Positions 11,674 to 20,170 are shown, counted from the stretch's first letter. The stretch: DNA of 64,000 nucleotides from Candidatus Omnitrophota bacterium (GCA_049517335.1 JBEKSD010000003.1:32185-96184), one strand, 5' to 3'. Notes: generated by a model from the sequence alone, not told the origin. Numbers and translations: made by a program.

Positions 11674-12513
11674 TTAGAAAGCATATTGCGCGCTTAATAC
11701 AAACCCGCTGCCTAATCCTTGCCTCGTAGAATTAGTGTAGCTACCGGTATCAGTATAGGCTGCAATAAGAGTAAGATTTTTGTTTGCAAGCCATGCTAGA
11801 TGCGTATCCCAGTAGTTATTATTTTTATAAGTCGCAAACTGCTCTCCCTGCTTAAACTCCCAACCAACCACAAAACCGTGAGGCAGTACCACAGCAATGT
11901 TGGCAAACCCGGTGGTCTTTCTCTTGTTATGGAAACCTAACACGCCTGTAACAAATTCCTGCGAGGAAAGCACGCCACCAGAAACAATCACAGGTAGCGG
12001 AAGCTGTGTTATCGTTTTTGTTGCCACAGCATACCAATCCTGTCCGCTCGTACGAAGGGGAAGGCCCAGTTTATGTACGCCTTCGCTGGTAACCTTATAT
12101 ATAGTCCCAACGGAAACAGCGGGAACCCATTTTGAATTAAATGAATCCTCATCTAATAACAGATACTTAGCTCCGACGTTGTTTTTATGAAAAGTTGGAT
12201 GGTCTACCCAGCTGACAGCTTGAAAGCCGTAAGAAACTTCCAGCTTTTTAAATAAGGTATCTGCCACGCCAACTGATGTCCAGTCAATGGACGGATCCCC
12301 CAAATTCACATACCAAGCGCTGAATCTGGGTTTACCTATTACATCCTGATTACCGATCTTAAAATCACTGTCCCCCTCGGCAAGATACGCCAACGGGTTA
12401 AATGCCACACCGCCCACGCCTTCCAGATTATTGAACGGGGGAGCGGCGAATACGTTTTTTGAAAATACGACGGTCAGCAAAAGAGCGGTGAAAAACAAAA
12501 TAAGCTTTTTCAT
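11674..12513 (-). CDS. putative outer-membrane beta-barrel protein
   Basis: A signal peptide (MKKLILFFTALLLTVVFSKNVFA) and a C-terminal ...AQYAF ending in aromatic F, typical of OMPs. Confidence 0.45.
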   Translation of the reverse strand: MKKLILFFTALLLTVVFSKNVFAAPPFNNLEGVGGVAFNPLAYLAEGDSDFKIGNQDVIGKPRFSAWYVNLGDPSIDWTSVGVADTLFKKLEVSYGFQAVSWVDHPTFHKNNVGAKYLLLDEDSFNSKWVPAVSVGTIYKVTSEGVHKLGLPLRTSGQDWYAVATKTITQLPLPVIVSGGVLSSQEFVTGVLGFHNKRKTTGFANIAVVLPHGFVVGWEFKQGEQFATYKNNNYWDTHLAWLANKNLTLIAAYTDTGSYTNSTRQGLGSGFVLSAQYAF

Positions 12514-12636
12514 ATGTTTCTCCTTAACTTAATTTGCGCTTCCTACTCCAGCTGACTGGCCGTATTGAGCTTTAAATTTTTAAAGAACGAAGTTCCGGAA
12601 TGTCCGGTAAAACACAAAACTTAAAAATGCCTACTT

Positions 12637-12825
12637 TTAGATTCCACCTCCTTCTTCAATAAACCAAACACCATCAAAACGGCTTTTTTTAGATACGTCA
12701 ATTTGCACTATTTTTGAGTTGTGTACTTTAATAATGACAGAACCGAACTTCAAATCACGAATAGTATCCGCTATATCTTTTATAATCGCATCATTTACGA
12801 TATTCTTATTTTCCTTCATATCCAT
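12637..12825 (-). CDS. DUF2292 (YezD-like) small protein
   Basis: The segment GSVIIKVHNSKIVQIDVSKK resembles the YezD family motif GSVTLIIQDGKVIQIEKNEK. The protein is 62 aa. Confidence 0.55.
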   Translation of the reverse strand: MDMKENKNIVNDAIIKDIADTIRDLKFGSVIIKVHNSKIVQIDVSKKSRFDGVWFIEEGGGI

Positions 12826-12836
12826 CCATTCCTTAA

Positions 12837-13274
12837 TTATATTTGATAAGTAAAAACTTTATTTGTGGTTACTACCTGCTTCGCCAAATCTTCAAAAGTT
12901 ATATTATCCACGATATCACTTGTTGCTTGGGCTACCTGTTTAAAAATATTCCTAAAGGTACATTTATAAATATCGGCGCACCCGGAATAATCTTTTTCAG
13001 TACATGCAATCGGTTCAAGTGGGCCGTCAATATACCTTATCAGATCACCTATTTTAATTTGAGAAGGATGTTTTGCCAGTAAATAACCGCCGACTTTCCC
13101 CCTGCGGCTCTCTACAAACCTGCCTCTTTTCAAGTCCAACAAAACCTGCTCTAAGAATTTAATCGGTATCTGCGCGTGACTAGCTAAATCGTGAATGGTA
13201 ACGATCTTGTCATAATTTATAGCCAGATCCAATACTGCTTTTAAAGCATAATCTCCGCGATATGTAATTTTCAT
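12837..13274 (-). CDS. Rrf2-family transcriptional regulator (CymR/IscR-like)
   Basis: The Rrf2 N-terminus reads MKITYRGDYALKAVLDL followed by a wHTH. The likely ATG is at 13274, with the GTGAGG SD upstream. The ORF track starts at a GTG 12 nt further upstream. Confidence 0.75.
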   Translation of the reverse strand: MKITYRGDYALKAVLDLAINYDKIVTIHDLASHAQIPIKFLEQVLLDLKRGRFVESRRGKVGGYLLAKHPSQIKIGDLIRYIDGPLEPIACTEKDYSGCADIYKCTFRNIFKQVAQATSDIVDNITFEDLAKQVVTTNKVFTYQI

Positions 13275-13314
13275 TTTAAACCTCACATCATGATTATGTC
13301 TATCAACTTAGTAG

Positions 13315-13342
13315 AGTATAATATATTTTTTATTCTTGTCAA
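13315..13342 (-). promoter_or_regulatory. sigma70-like promoter for the Rrf2 gene (TTGACA-N16-TATACT)
   Basis: The minus-strand sequence is TTGACAagaataaaaaatatatTATACT. It lies ~40 nt upstream of the start. Confidence 0.5.
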
Positions 13343-13362
13343 GTATTTTCTTGAATTTTTTA

Positions 13363-13653
13363 TCAAACAATCAGCTTTAGGGCTTCTTTGACTGGCTGGC
13401 CGGATTTTATTCCAAGCTTCGTTGCGGCAGGTGTGCAGGAATTAATTTTGGCTTTTAAAGCATCCGATATTGTGGCTACTCTCACTATCTTGGCGGCAGC
13501 GTCTCTAAATTTTTTAGCTACGCTTAAATTTAGATACCCGCACATAATATAACCTCTGCAGCCCTTCAAAAGAACAAAATTTTTAGCCTGCAGATTAGTG
13601 GAAAAAGCTTCAATATACCTTGTGCCTATTTTGATTTTCTTATATTCTTTCAA
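13363..13653 (-). CDS. DUF1805 (YunC-like) protein
   Basis: The segment LLKGCRGYIMCGYLNLSVAKK resembles the B. subtilis YunC core (KGYIMCGALDV). The protein is 96 aa. Confidence 0.55.
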   Translation of the reverse strand: MKEYKKIKIGTRYIEAFSTNLQAKNFVLLKGCRGYIMCGYLNLSVAKKFRDAAAKIVRVATISDALKAKINSCTPAATKLGIKSGQPVKEALKLIV

Positions 13654-13661
13654 CTTATGTC

Positions 13662-14573
13662 TTAATTTTTGAAGTTATGCTGGGCTAAATATTTAAAAGC
13701 GCTAAGACAAGCTTTGGAGCCTTCCCCTGCGGCAATAATAATCTGTTTCTCCGGCACGTCGGTCACGTCGCCTGTGGCAAAAACTCCGGGAATATTGGTT
13801 TCGTTATAACTATTCACTTTTATCTCGCCAAGTCGGTTTTTCTCTACGCCTGCGGCAAATTCGCTATTTGGGATAAGCCCTATCTCTACAAAAACTCCCC
13901 CTACGCCCAAGGTTTCTTCTCTATCCTTACGCTTCACTTTAATCCCGCTTACAAATTTATCGCCCAATATTTCAACTATCCGGCTGTTATTCCATATGCT
14001 AACCTTATCAGAGCTTTCAACCTTTTCTCTCATAATCGCATCTCCAACCAGCGAGGATTTTATATTTATCAAATAAACGTGCTTTGCGATCTTAATTAAT
14101 TGTAAAGCTGCATCCAGCGCGGAATTCCCCCCACCGATAACCGCGACTTCCTTACCGGAAAAAAGCGGGGCGTCGCATGTTGCGCAATAGGTAAGACCGC
14201 GGTTCCTGAATTCTTCTTCGCCTGCGACGTTAAGCTTCCGGGTCCTTTTTCCAGAAGCGATAATCAGGCTTCGCGCTTCATATTTACTTTTACCGGTTAT
14301 AACAGTAACTACATCATTTTCTTTTTTTAATTCAACAACTGTTTCATTTTCTCTTACCGGAATATTATACTTGCGCATATGCTCTTCAAATTTAAGCGCC
14401 AGTTCCGGCCCGGTAATAAACTGATAACCCGTGTAGTTCTCAATATCCCCGCTCCAGGCAGCCTGTCCGCCGATATCGCCCGTAATAACAAGCGCATTCA
14501 GCATTTTACGCGCCGCATAAACACTAGCGGTAATCCCTGCCGGACCTGCCCCTATAATTATTAAGTCATACAT
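13662..14573 (-). CDS. trxB: thioredoxin-disulfide reductase
   Basis: The FAD and NAD sites read GAGPAGITA and GGGNSALD. The redox-active motif is CATCD. Confidence 0.85.
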   Translation of the reverse strand: MYDLIIIGAGPAGITASVYAARKMLNALVITGDIGGQAAWSGDIENYTGYQFITGPELALKFEEHMRKYNIPVRENETVVELKKENDVVTVITGKSKYEARSLIIASGKRTRKLNVAGEEEFRNRGLTYCATCDAPLFSGKEVAVIGGGNSALDAALQLIKIAKHVYLINIKSSLVGDAIMREKVESSDKVSIWNNSRIVEILGDKFVSGIKVKRKDREETLGVGGVFVEIGLIPNSEFAAGVEKNRLGEIKVNSYNETNIPGVFATGDVTDVPEKQIIIAAGEGSKACLSAFKYLAQHNFKN

Positions 14574-14576
14574 ATT

Positions 14577-14810
14577 TTAGATACCAAGTGTCTGTTTTAT
14601 CTTTTCTTTATCAAACCCCACAATAACCGTACCCTCTATGTCAAGCACCGGTACGCCCATCTGGCCGGACTTCTTAGTCATTTCGTCGGCCTTTTCAGAA
14701 TTCACTGAAACGTCATAATCCTGGTAAGGGACATTATTTTCTTTTAAAAACTGCTTCGTCCTTATACACCACGGACAGGTAGGAGTGCTGTAAATCAAGA
14801 CGTTCTTCAT
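14577..14810 (-). CDS. glutaredoxin/NrdH-like small redoxin
   Basis: A CPWC active site in a thioredoxin fold of 77 aa. Confidence 0.75.
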   Translation of the reverse strand: MKNVLIYSTPTCPWCIRTKQFLKENNVPYQDYDVSVNSEKADEMTKKSGQMGVPVLDIEGTVIVGFDKEKIKQTLGI

Positions 14811-14826
14811 AAGGTTCCCCCTTTTC

Positions 14827-15303
14827 TTAAAGTGCGCTTTTTAGCTCTATAAGTTTCTGCAAATGAAGCTGCTCTTGGGCGATAAGCTGGTCAACAAGAG
14901 CAACATTGCCCCCCATTACCACTTTTTTCATGCCTTCATAAAAAATAATCGAATCCTTTTCAAACCCGATTCCCTTCTCAATTGCTTCCTTTTCGCTTTT
15001 TATCTTCTTTGCTACTTCTGAGCCTTTGCCCGCTTGAGTAAAAACATACTCCCCGGCCAGGGTTTTCATATAACTAAGATATTCCCCGGGATAACTTTCC
15101 ACCGGTTCATAATTTTCTACCGTAGAAAGAATCTGCTCAAATACTTTTATATGTTTTTTTTCTTCCCCGGCAAGGTAGCGGAATACCTCTTTGGCTTTTT
15201 TATGCTTAGACTGTTCATCCAAGGCGCGGTAAAAATCCCTGCCGTTTTTCTCAATCTGTATCCCGATCCCGACTATTTCGCTGCCGGAAAAAATATTTAC
15301 CAT
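14827..15303 (-). CDS. rubrerythrin-like ferritin-fold protein
   Basis: A ferritin-like diiron four-helix bundle with E..H-type repeats (AGEEKKHIKVFE..., ...AQEQLHLQKL). There is no rubredoxin domain. Confidence 0.55.
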   Translation of the reverse strand: MVNIFSGSEIVGIGIQIEKNGRDFYRALDEQSKHKKAKEVFRYLAGEEKKHIKVFEQILSTVENYEPVESYPGEYLSYMKTLAGEYVFTQAGKGSEVAKKIKSEKEAIEKGIGFEKDSIIFYEGMKKVVMGGNVALVDQLIAQEQLHLQKLIELKSAL

Positions 15304-15327
15304 TGTTTTCTCCTCTTTTCAGTTTTT

Positions 15328-15786
15328 TTATTTCAAGGGCGGCGGCGTAAGGTTTACTGCTTCTTCCACCTCAACCTCGAGCAAATACTCCGGTTTTGGA
15401 AGCATGGCCTCGGGATGACGAGAATGCCCTTTTTCATCACGAATATTCTTAAGCAGGCGCTGGGTAAGACGACTGGTAATCCGGTCCTCCCAAGCCTTGA
15501 TAATCTCAGGTCTCAATTCTTCCGGAGGCATAATTCTCCCCTTGCCTTTTAAACAATAGCCGGTAAATTTATGCTCGTTTATCGCAGAAATACTCACATA
15601 GTGATTATGCAACAGGTTTTCATAAGTCCTTGCGCAATAAACATCCAGTAGATAAACCCTGCCGTTATTCTTAATATCGACTATCCCCTTGCATGAAATA
15701 TGGGGATAGCCGTTCTTATCAATGGTAGCAATAACGACAAATCCCTGATTTTGGAAAAAGTGCATTATCTCTTCGCTTAATTTCAT
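15328..15786 (-). CDS. pyridoxamine 5'-phosphate oxidase-family (FMN-binding split barrel) protein
   Basis: A PNPOx-like fold of 152 aa (FVVIATIDKNGYPHIS...). Confidence 0.5.
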   Translation of the reverse strand: MKLSEEIMHFFQNQGFVVIATIDKNGYPHISCKGIVDIKNNGRVYLLDVYCARTYENLLHNHYVSISAINEHKFTGYCLKGKGRIMPPEELRPEIIKAWEDRITSRLTQRLLKNIRDEKGHSRHPEAMLPKPEYLLEVEVEEAVNLTPPPLK

Positions 15787-16973
15787 TTATTTATTTTTGA
15801 CGCAAAGCTGCGCCCGAATTCAAAGCAGGCCTTCAAATCAGCTTCTGCGGGAGCATATTTTATCCCGAGTCCCGGCTGGAATACTTCAAGCCCTGCCTTT
15901 TTCAATAACTCTTCTATTTCTGCGACCGCTCCTCCTGCCCAGCCAAACGAACCAAAAGCTGCAGCCAGGCGCTCCTTTACCTTGAATCCTTTTACAAGCT
16001 CCAAAAATGCGGCAATATTCGGAAGTATATCATTATCATGAGTGGAAGAACCGAAAAGGAAACCTTTAGCGCTAAGCATATCCTTAACCACTTCCGTCCT
16101 GTCGGTTGAGGCGATATCATAAATTTTCGCGCTCACCCCTTCGCTTACAATACCTTCCAGTATCTTGCGGGACATTTCTTTTGTTGCTCCCCACATTGTC
16201 TCATAAACAATGATAATTTTAGGCTCTGTTACATTTTTTGCCCAATTCAGGTAAGCATTGATGATTTTTGCCGGCTCCTTCCTCCAGATAACCCCGTGGC
16301 TGGGCGCAATTATCTTAATAGGAATGTTCATTTTATGGACTTCTTCAATCTTACGCAGGATTACCGAACCCAAAGGCCACAGTATATTGGCGTAATATTT
16401 TTCCGCCTCATCCATGAGCGCGCAACTGTCTACTTCATCGTCAAAACGCTCTACTGTCGCGTAATGCTGACCAAAAGCATCGTTAGGCATAAGAAGCGCA
16501 TCTTGCGGGCAATAGGTAAACATGCTGTCCGGCCAATGGATCATCGGTGCTTCAATAAACTTTAAGGTTCGCTTTCCTAATTTTAATTCATCTCCGGTTT
16601 TAACTACCTGAAAATCCCAATTCTGGTAATAATGCCGATATAAACCCTCCTTGCACTTGGCAGTGCCGATAACTTTTGCCTTAGGGATTAACTTCATCAA
16701 CTCAGGAAGCGCTCCGGAGTGGTCGGTCTCAACGTGGTTAGCTATAACATAATCTATTTTCTCAATTGGGATAATCTGCCTGATATTCTCAATAAGCTCA
16801 TGGCCAAAACTTCCCAGTACCGTATCCACTAAAGCGGTCTTTTCATCCAGTATCAGGTAGGAATTATACGTAGTTCCTCTGTTCGTGGTGTAGGTGTGGC
16901 CGTGGAAATTGCGCACATCCCAGTCTATGGCTCCCACCGAATAAATATCAGGAATTATTTTCAAATTAGGCAT
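15783..16973 (-). CDS. fprA: flavodiiron protein (FprA / rubredoxin:oxygen oxidoreductase type)
   Basis: It combines a metallo-beta-lactamase-like domain (HVETDHSGALP) with a C-terminal flavodoxin domain. The 396 aa length and the adjacent rubredoxin gene fit FprA. Confidence 0.85.
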   Translation of the reverse strand: MPNLKIIPDIYSVGAIDWDVRNFHGHTYTTNRGTTYNSYLILDEKTALVDTVLGSFGHELIENIRQIIPIEKIDYVIANHVETDHSGALPELMKLIPKAKVIGTAKCKEGLYRHYYQNWDFQVVKTGDELKLGKRTLKFIEAPMIHWPDSMFTYCPQDALLMPNDAFGQHYATVERFDDEVDSCALMDEAEKYYANILWPLGSVILRKIEEVHKMNIPIKIIAPSHGVIWRKEPAKIINAYLNWAKNVTEPKIIIVYETMWGATKEMSRKILEGIVSEGVSAKIYDIASTDRTEVVKDMLSAKGFLFGSSTHDNDILPNIAAFLELVKGFKVKERLAAAFGSFGWAGGAVAEIEELLKKAGLEVFQPGLGIKYAPAEADLKACFEFGRSFASKINK

Positions 16974-17003
16974 TTAATCATCCCCCCCCCCTACTCCGTC
17001 TAT

Positions 17004-17162
17004 TTATATCTTTTCGAATTGGTCCTTTGGTACTCCGCACTCAGGGCAAACCCAGCTATCGGGAAGTTTTTCAAAAGGCGTGCCGGGTTGTATGTCTTGG
17101 GTTGAATCCCCTATTGCGGGATCATAAATATATCCGCAAACTGTGCACCTGTATTTATCCAT
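17004..17162 (-). CDS. rd: rubredoxin (52 aa); not in the ORF track because it is below the 60-aa cutoff
   Basis: Manual translation gives [52 protein letters not shown], with two CxxCG knuckles typical of rubredoxin. Confidence 0.85.
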   Translation of the reverse strand: MDKYRCTVCGYIYDPAIGDSTQDIQPGTPFEKLPDSWVCPECGVPKDQFEKI

Positions 17163-17175
17163 TAAGACCTCCTTA

Positions 17176-17688
17176 TTATTTATGGGTAAAAAGCCCGGTT
17201 AGCTGCGCTTCTTCTATTACGTGACCTGCTATCGCTTCCGTAAACGCCCGGTTATCCGGCGGCGATTTAAATTTCAATTCGGTATCGAGGGCAAATATCT
17301 TAAATATATAGCGGTGTGTCCCCGAGGGCGGGCAGGGGCCGTGGTAAGCATTGTCTCCCGCGCTGTTTACTCCCTGATCGCCCGGCACACTTGCCTCTGT
17401 TATACGCGAAAGGGACGGGATATTATAAACAATCCAGTGCGTCCATAATCCTGCTGGCGCATCAGGGTCAACCACAAGCAAAGCAAGCGTCTTGGTATTG
17501 GCAGGTATATCTTTGATGGACAACTCGGGGCTTAGATCATCGCCCCGACAGGAAAATCTTTGGGGTATATATTCATTATTGCCGAAAGAAGGGCTGGTTA
17601 ATTTCATATTCGCGCTCCAGGCTAAATTAATAAAAAAAATTCCACTTAAAAAACTTAGGAGCAAAAAAGAAACTACGGGCTTATCCAT
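17176..17688 (-). CDS. YbhB/YbcL-family PEBP (Raf-kinase-inhibitor-like) protein, secreted
   Basis: A signal peptide precedes the PEBP motifs DPDAP..W.HW and GPCPP...HRY. Confidence 0.75.
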   Translation of the reverse strand: MDKPVVSFLLLSFLSGIFFINLAWSANMKLTSPSFGNNEYIPQRFSCRGDDLSPELSIKDIPANTKTLALLVVDPDAPAGLWTHWIVYNIPSLSRITEASVPGDQGVNSAGDNAYHGPCPPSGTHRYIFKIFALDTELKFKSPPDNRAFTEAIAGHVIEEAQLTGLFTHK

Positions 17689-17972
17689 TTTTGGATATTA
17701 TAAACCCGCGTATTTACTTTGTCACCTTTTATTTCGGAAGGAAGGTCTCTTTTTAATTGAAGCCATTTTCCTTCGCCTATGCACTGGCGCGCGCTCGCGC
17801 ACCAATCCACACAGGCGGACAATCTTTCTCTTGCGGTCCATATACCGCAAGAGGGGCATTTAAGCTTAATTTCATCAGAAAATATCTCAATCAAATACCC
17901 GCAGTTATAACAACTTAACGTTTCTATCTTAATATTTCTTTTATCCTGCCCCGGGCATTTATTTATCAGCAT
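17673..17972 (-). CDS. Cys-rich small metal-binding protein (zinc-ribbon plus CxxxCx5C) of unknown function
   Basis: MLINKCPGQ...SCYNCGY...KCPSCGIW...SACVDWCASARQCIGEG carries 8 Cys in 99 aa. The ATG overlaps the Rrf2 stop (TAATG). The ORF track extends to an upstream start at 18065 inside the Rrf2 gene. Confidence 0.5.
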   Translation of the reverse strand: MLINKCPGQDKRNIKIETLSCYNCGYLIEIFSDEIKLKCPSCGIWTARERLSACVDWCASARQCIGEGKWLQLKRDLPSEIKGDKVNTRVYNIQKWISP

Positions 17973-18376
17973 TATTCCCGCTTTCCAAGAGAAGCGATTG
18001 TTATTAAACTCAATTCTTTTTTTACTATCTTCTCTATTCTTCCCAATTTTGCGCTTAAAGCGCATACCTTAACCGAAGGGCAGACTTTTGCCCTAAAAAT
18101 ACATTCATTGAGTTTCAACGGGCCTTGAAATATCTCCGCCAGTTTCACAAGATAAATCTTTACCGGTGCGACTTTAAGAGAAAAACCTCCACCCTGGCCT
18201 CTATGGGATTTAAGTATGCCTTCCTTATTTAAAACCTGCAATATCTTCCTTAAAAACGGCCCCGGCATCTTCAATTCTTTAATCATCCTTGAAACAGGGA
18301 CAATTTTATCTTTTTGTTTGGCGATGTAGCATACCGCCCTTAAGGCGTAATCCGTATCCCTGGTAATTAATTTCAT
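17972..18376 (-). CDS. Rrf2-family transcriptional regulator with a 3-Cys cluster-binding motif (IscR/NsrR-like)
   Basis: The Rrf2 N-terminus reads MKLITRDTDYALRAVCYIA, followed by a wHTH. The Cys-bearing segment is ECIFRAKVCPSVKVC. Confidence 0.75.
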   Translation of the reverse strand: MKLITRDTDYALRAVCYIAKQKDKIVPVSRMIKELKMPGPFLRKILQVLNKEGILKSHRGQGGGFSLKVAPVKIYLVKLAEIFQGPLKLNECIFRAKVCPSVKVCALSAKLGRIEKIVKKELSLITIASLGKRE

Positions 18377-18392
18377 CTTTCTCCTTTTTTTT

Positions 18393-18435
18393 AGGGACGT
18401 TTTTCAAGCGAGGTTAAAGCTTGAAAAACGTCCCT
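18393..18435. promoter_or_regulatory. perfect 17-bp inverted repeat with a 9-nt spacer (agggacgtttttcaagc-N9-gcttgaaaaacgtccct) in the Rrf2 5' region; candidate operator or regulatory hairpin
   Basis: Read directly from the sequence. The stem extends to 19 bp with flanking T/A. It lies 17-61 nt upstream of the Rrf2 start, in a divergent intergenic region. Confidence 0.5.
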
Positions 18436-18595
18436 AATTTTAAGGCAGTTTAGAGTCGTACCTTAGGACACTTTACTGCAGCCCTCCTTACAATGGGCTA
18501 CCGGGCGAAGCATATATTTTACGGTTATATCCATTCTAGCCCTCCTTTTGGATTAAAGATACCATATTAGTATCATTTGTCAAGAAAAATTTTTC

Positions 18596-18623
18596 TTGTA
18601 ATTCGGCACTTTAACAATATAAT
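18596..18623 (+). promoter_or_regulatory. sigma70-like promoter (TTGTAA-N16-TATAAT) whose -10 ends 9 nt before the ATG, suggesting a leaderless transcript; a 9-bp inverted repeat caagaaaaa/tttttcttg (18581-18598) overlaps the -35
   Basis: Read directly from the sequence. There is no SD between the -10 and the ATG at 18632. Confidence 0.4.
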
Positions 18624-18631
18624 TATGACTA

Positions 18632-19315
18632 ATGAATAGAATTGCTTTAATAATAACTATATTGGCCGTGAATTTAGTCGCTGCCGGCAGTGCTTTCGCT
18701 GCTTCTGAACCTGCGGCAATAACCTTTCCGGAGCAAGCCCAAGCCTTTGCTGAAGAAGTCGCGCAAGGTAAACCTAAAGAAACCGACGTAACTGTTGTAA
18801 AAGAAGAAAAATGCTTAATCGGTATTGAATTCCTTTCCGGTTACGGCCGGGCAAACAAAATCAGGCGTAAAGAAGACATAAAAGAGATCCCTTTCATGGT
18901 TGATTTTGACCTTAACCTTAAACCTTTATTAAAAAAAATTAATTTAAATCCCCCTGTATTAGCACAATTCCAGATTGAGCCTTTCGTTACCGACATATAT
19001 GAGCCGGTTAATGAGAACATTGAGGGAGGACTGGCTTTTTGGTTCAAATTTGGCCTGCTTCCGGAATCCTTCAAAATACAGCCCTATGCAAAATTCGGAG
19101 CCGGCTTTGATTATATGACTCTACATACTATCAATCAAGCCACCCAATTTAATTTTATTTCGCAGCTCGCCTGTGGCGTGCATTACTTCTTCCTGAAAAA
19201 TACCGCGCTTACTATTGAAGGCCACTACCGCCACCTTTCTAACGCAGGGATAAAAGAACCTAACCGCGGGATAAACACATATTTTATTCTCGGCGGGCTT
19301 ACCTGGCGGTACTAA
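18632..19315 (+). CDS. PagL-like lipid A deacylase / acyloxyacyl-hydrolase-family outer-membrane protein
   Basis: A signal peptide, beta-barrel character and the H-x-S-N-A/G catalytic-type motif (HYRHLSNAGI) near the C-terminus. Confidence 0.5.
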   Translation: MNRIALIITILAVNLVAAGSAFAASEPAAITFPEQAQAFAEEVAQGKPKETDVTVVKEEKCLIGIEFLSGYGRANKIRRKEDIKEIPFMVDFDLNLKPLLKKINLNPPVLAQFQIEPFVTDIYEPVNENIEGGLAFWFKFGLLPESFKIQPYAKFGAGFDYMTLHTINQATQFNFISQLACGVHYFFLKNTALTIEGHYRHLSNAGIKEPNRGINTYFILGGLTWRY

Positions 19316-19695
19316 TTCATACTTACCAAAACTATTCCGGTTATAATAAGGAAAGTCCCCAGCCATCGTTTTGAGCCCACTTTTTCCTTTAGGATAAACT
19401 TTGAGACAAGGGCAATGAGGATATAGTGCATGCTATCGGCTGAGAAGGCAAAACTAAGGTCAGCCTTGGAAAGCACGAAAAGCCAGATACAAAGGGATAG
19501 AACGGTAAAGCAAAACCCGATCCAGATACGGGGAATAACAATAAGTTTGATAATGAACCTGAATATCTTCTTTATGCTAAAGGCCACAGGAAGTTCCATG
19601 GAATTTATTGCGGACTTTAGGAATAACTGATTTATCGTATCACAGATACTGGTGAGCATAATCAGGAAAAGAATAAAAATGAGCCCTGGCTGCAT
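19312..19695 (-). CDS. small 4-TM EamA/SMR-like membrane protein (ArnE/ArnF-like flippase subunit)
   Basis: 127 aa and hydrophobic, with a C-terminal WLGTFLIITGIVLVS motif typical of the DMT/SMR half-domain. A paired paralog lies next to it. Confidence 0.55.
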   Translation of the reverse strand: MQPGLIFILFLIMLTSICDTINQLFLKSAINSMELPVAFSIKKIFRFIIKLIVIPRIWIGFCFTVLSLCIWLFVLSKADLSFAFSADSMHYILIALVSKFILKEKVGSKRWLGTFLIITGIVLVSMN

Positions 19696-19696
19696 A

Positions 19697-20104
19697 TTAA
19701 AGGACCCCTTTCTCTTCCGTACTTAGCGAAACAAAAATAACGCCCGTAAGTATCAGTAATATCCCTAGCCACCTGAGTAAGCCTATCTGTTCATGAAGGA
19801 AGATTATAGAAACTACCGGGACGAGGATATAGCTAAAGCTTGCTATCGGGACAGCGACGCTTAAATCAATCTTGGAAAGAATCGTTGACCAGATAACAAA
19901 GGTAAGGAATACCGATAAGAAAGCAATCCAGAGATAAGGAGAAAGAGAGACAGTCTTAAGAAATATAATAAGCTCGGAAAAACTGGATATTCCAAGCCTG
20001 TCCGCGTTTAGTGCGCTTTTTTTAAAACAAAAGTTCGTAAATGTTTCCAGAAAATCGGAGAATATTAAAAACGATAATATTGTAATAGTCAGTTTTTTCT
20101 TCAA
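19697..20104 (-). CDS. small 4-TM EamA/SMR-like membrane protein (ArnE/ArnF-like flippase subunit)
   Basis: 135 aa with the C-terminal motif WLGILLILTGVIFVS. It is divergent from the DegT aminotransferase gene. Confidence 0.55.
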   Translation of the reverse strand: MKKKLTITILSFLIFSDFLETFTNFCFKKSALNADRLGISSFSELIIFLKTVSLSPYLWIAFLSVFLTFVIWSTILSKIDLSVAVPIASFSYILVPVVSIIFLHEQIGLLRWLGILLILTGVIFVSLSTEEKGVL

Positions 20105-20120
20105 CGCTTCTCCTTACTCC

Positions 20121-20149
20121 TTGAATTTCAGAGTATTTTAGCATAAAAT
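20121..20149 (+). promoter_or_regulatory. sigma70-like promoter TTGAAT-N17-TAAAAT for the DegT gene
   Basis: Read directly from the sequence, 22 nt upstream of the ATG. Confidence 0.45.
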
Positions 20150-20170
20150 AGAAAAAAGGCTAATTATAAT

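Noticed and set aside
12514-12636. Short ccgg-aatgt-ccgg hairpin between the OMP gene and the YezD gene, considered as a terminator
   Set aside because: The stem is only 4 bp with no U-tract, which is too weak.
17673-18065. ORF-track version of the Cys-rich protein starting at 18065
   Set aside because: That start would overlap the Rrf2 gene by 94 nt. An internal ATG at 17972 coupled to the Rrf2 stop (TAATG) gives a cleaner model.
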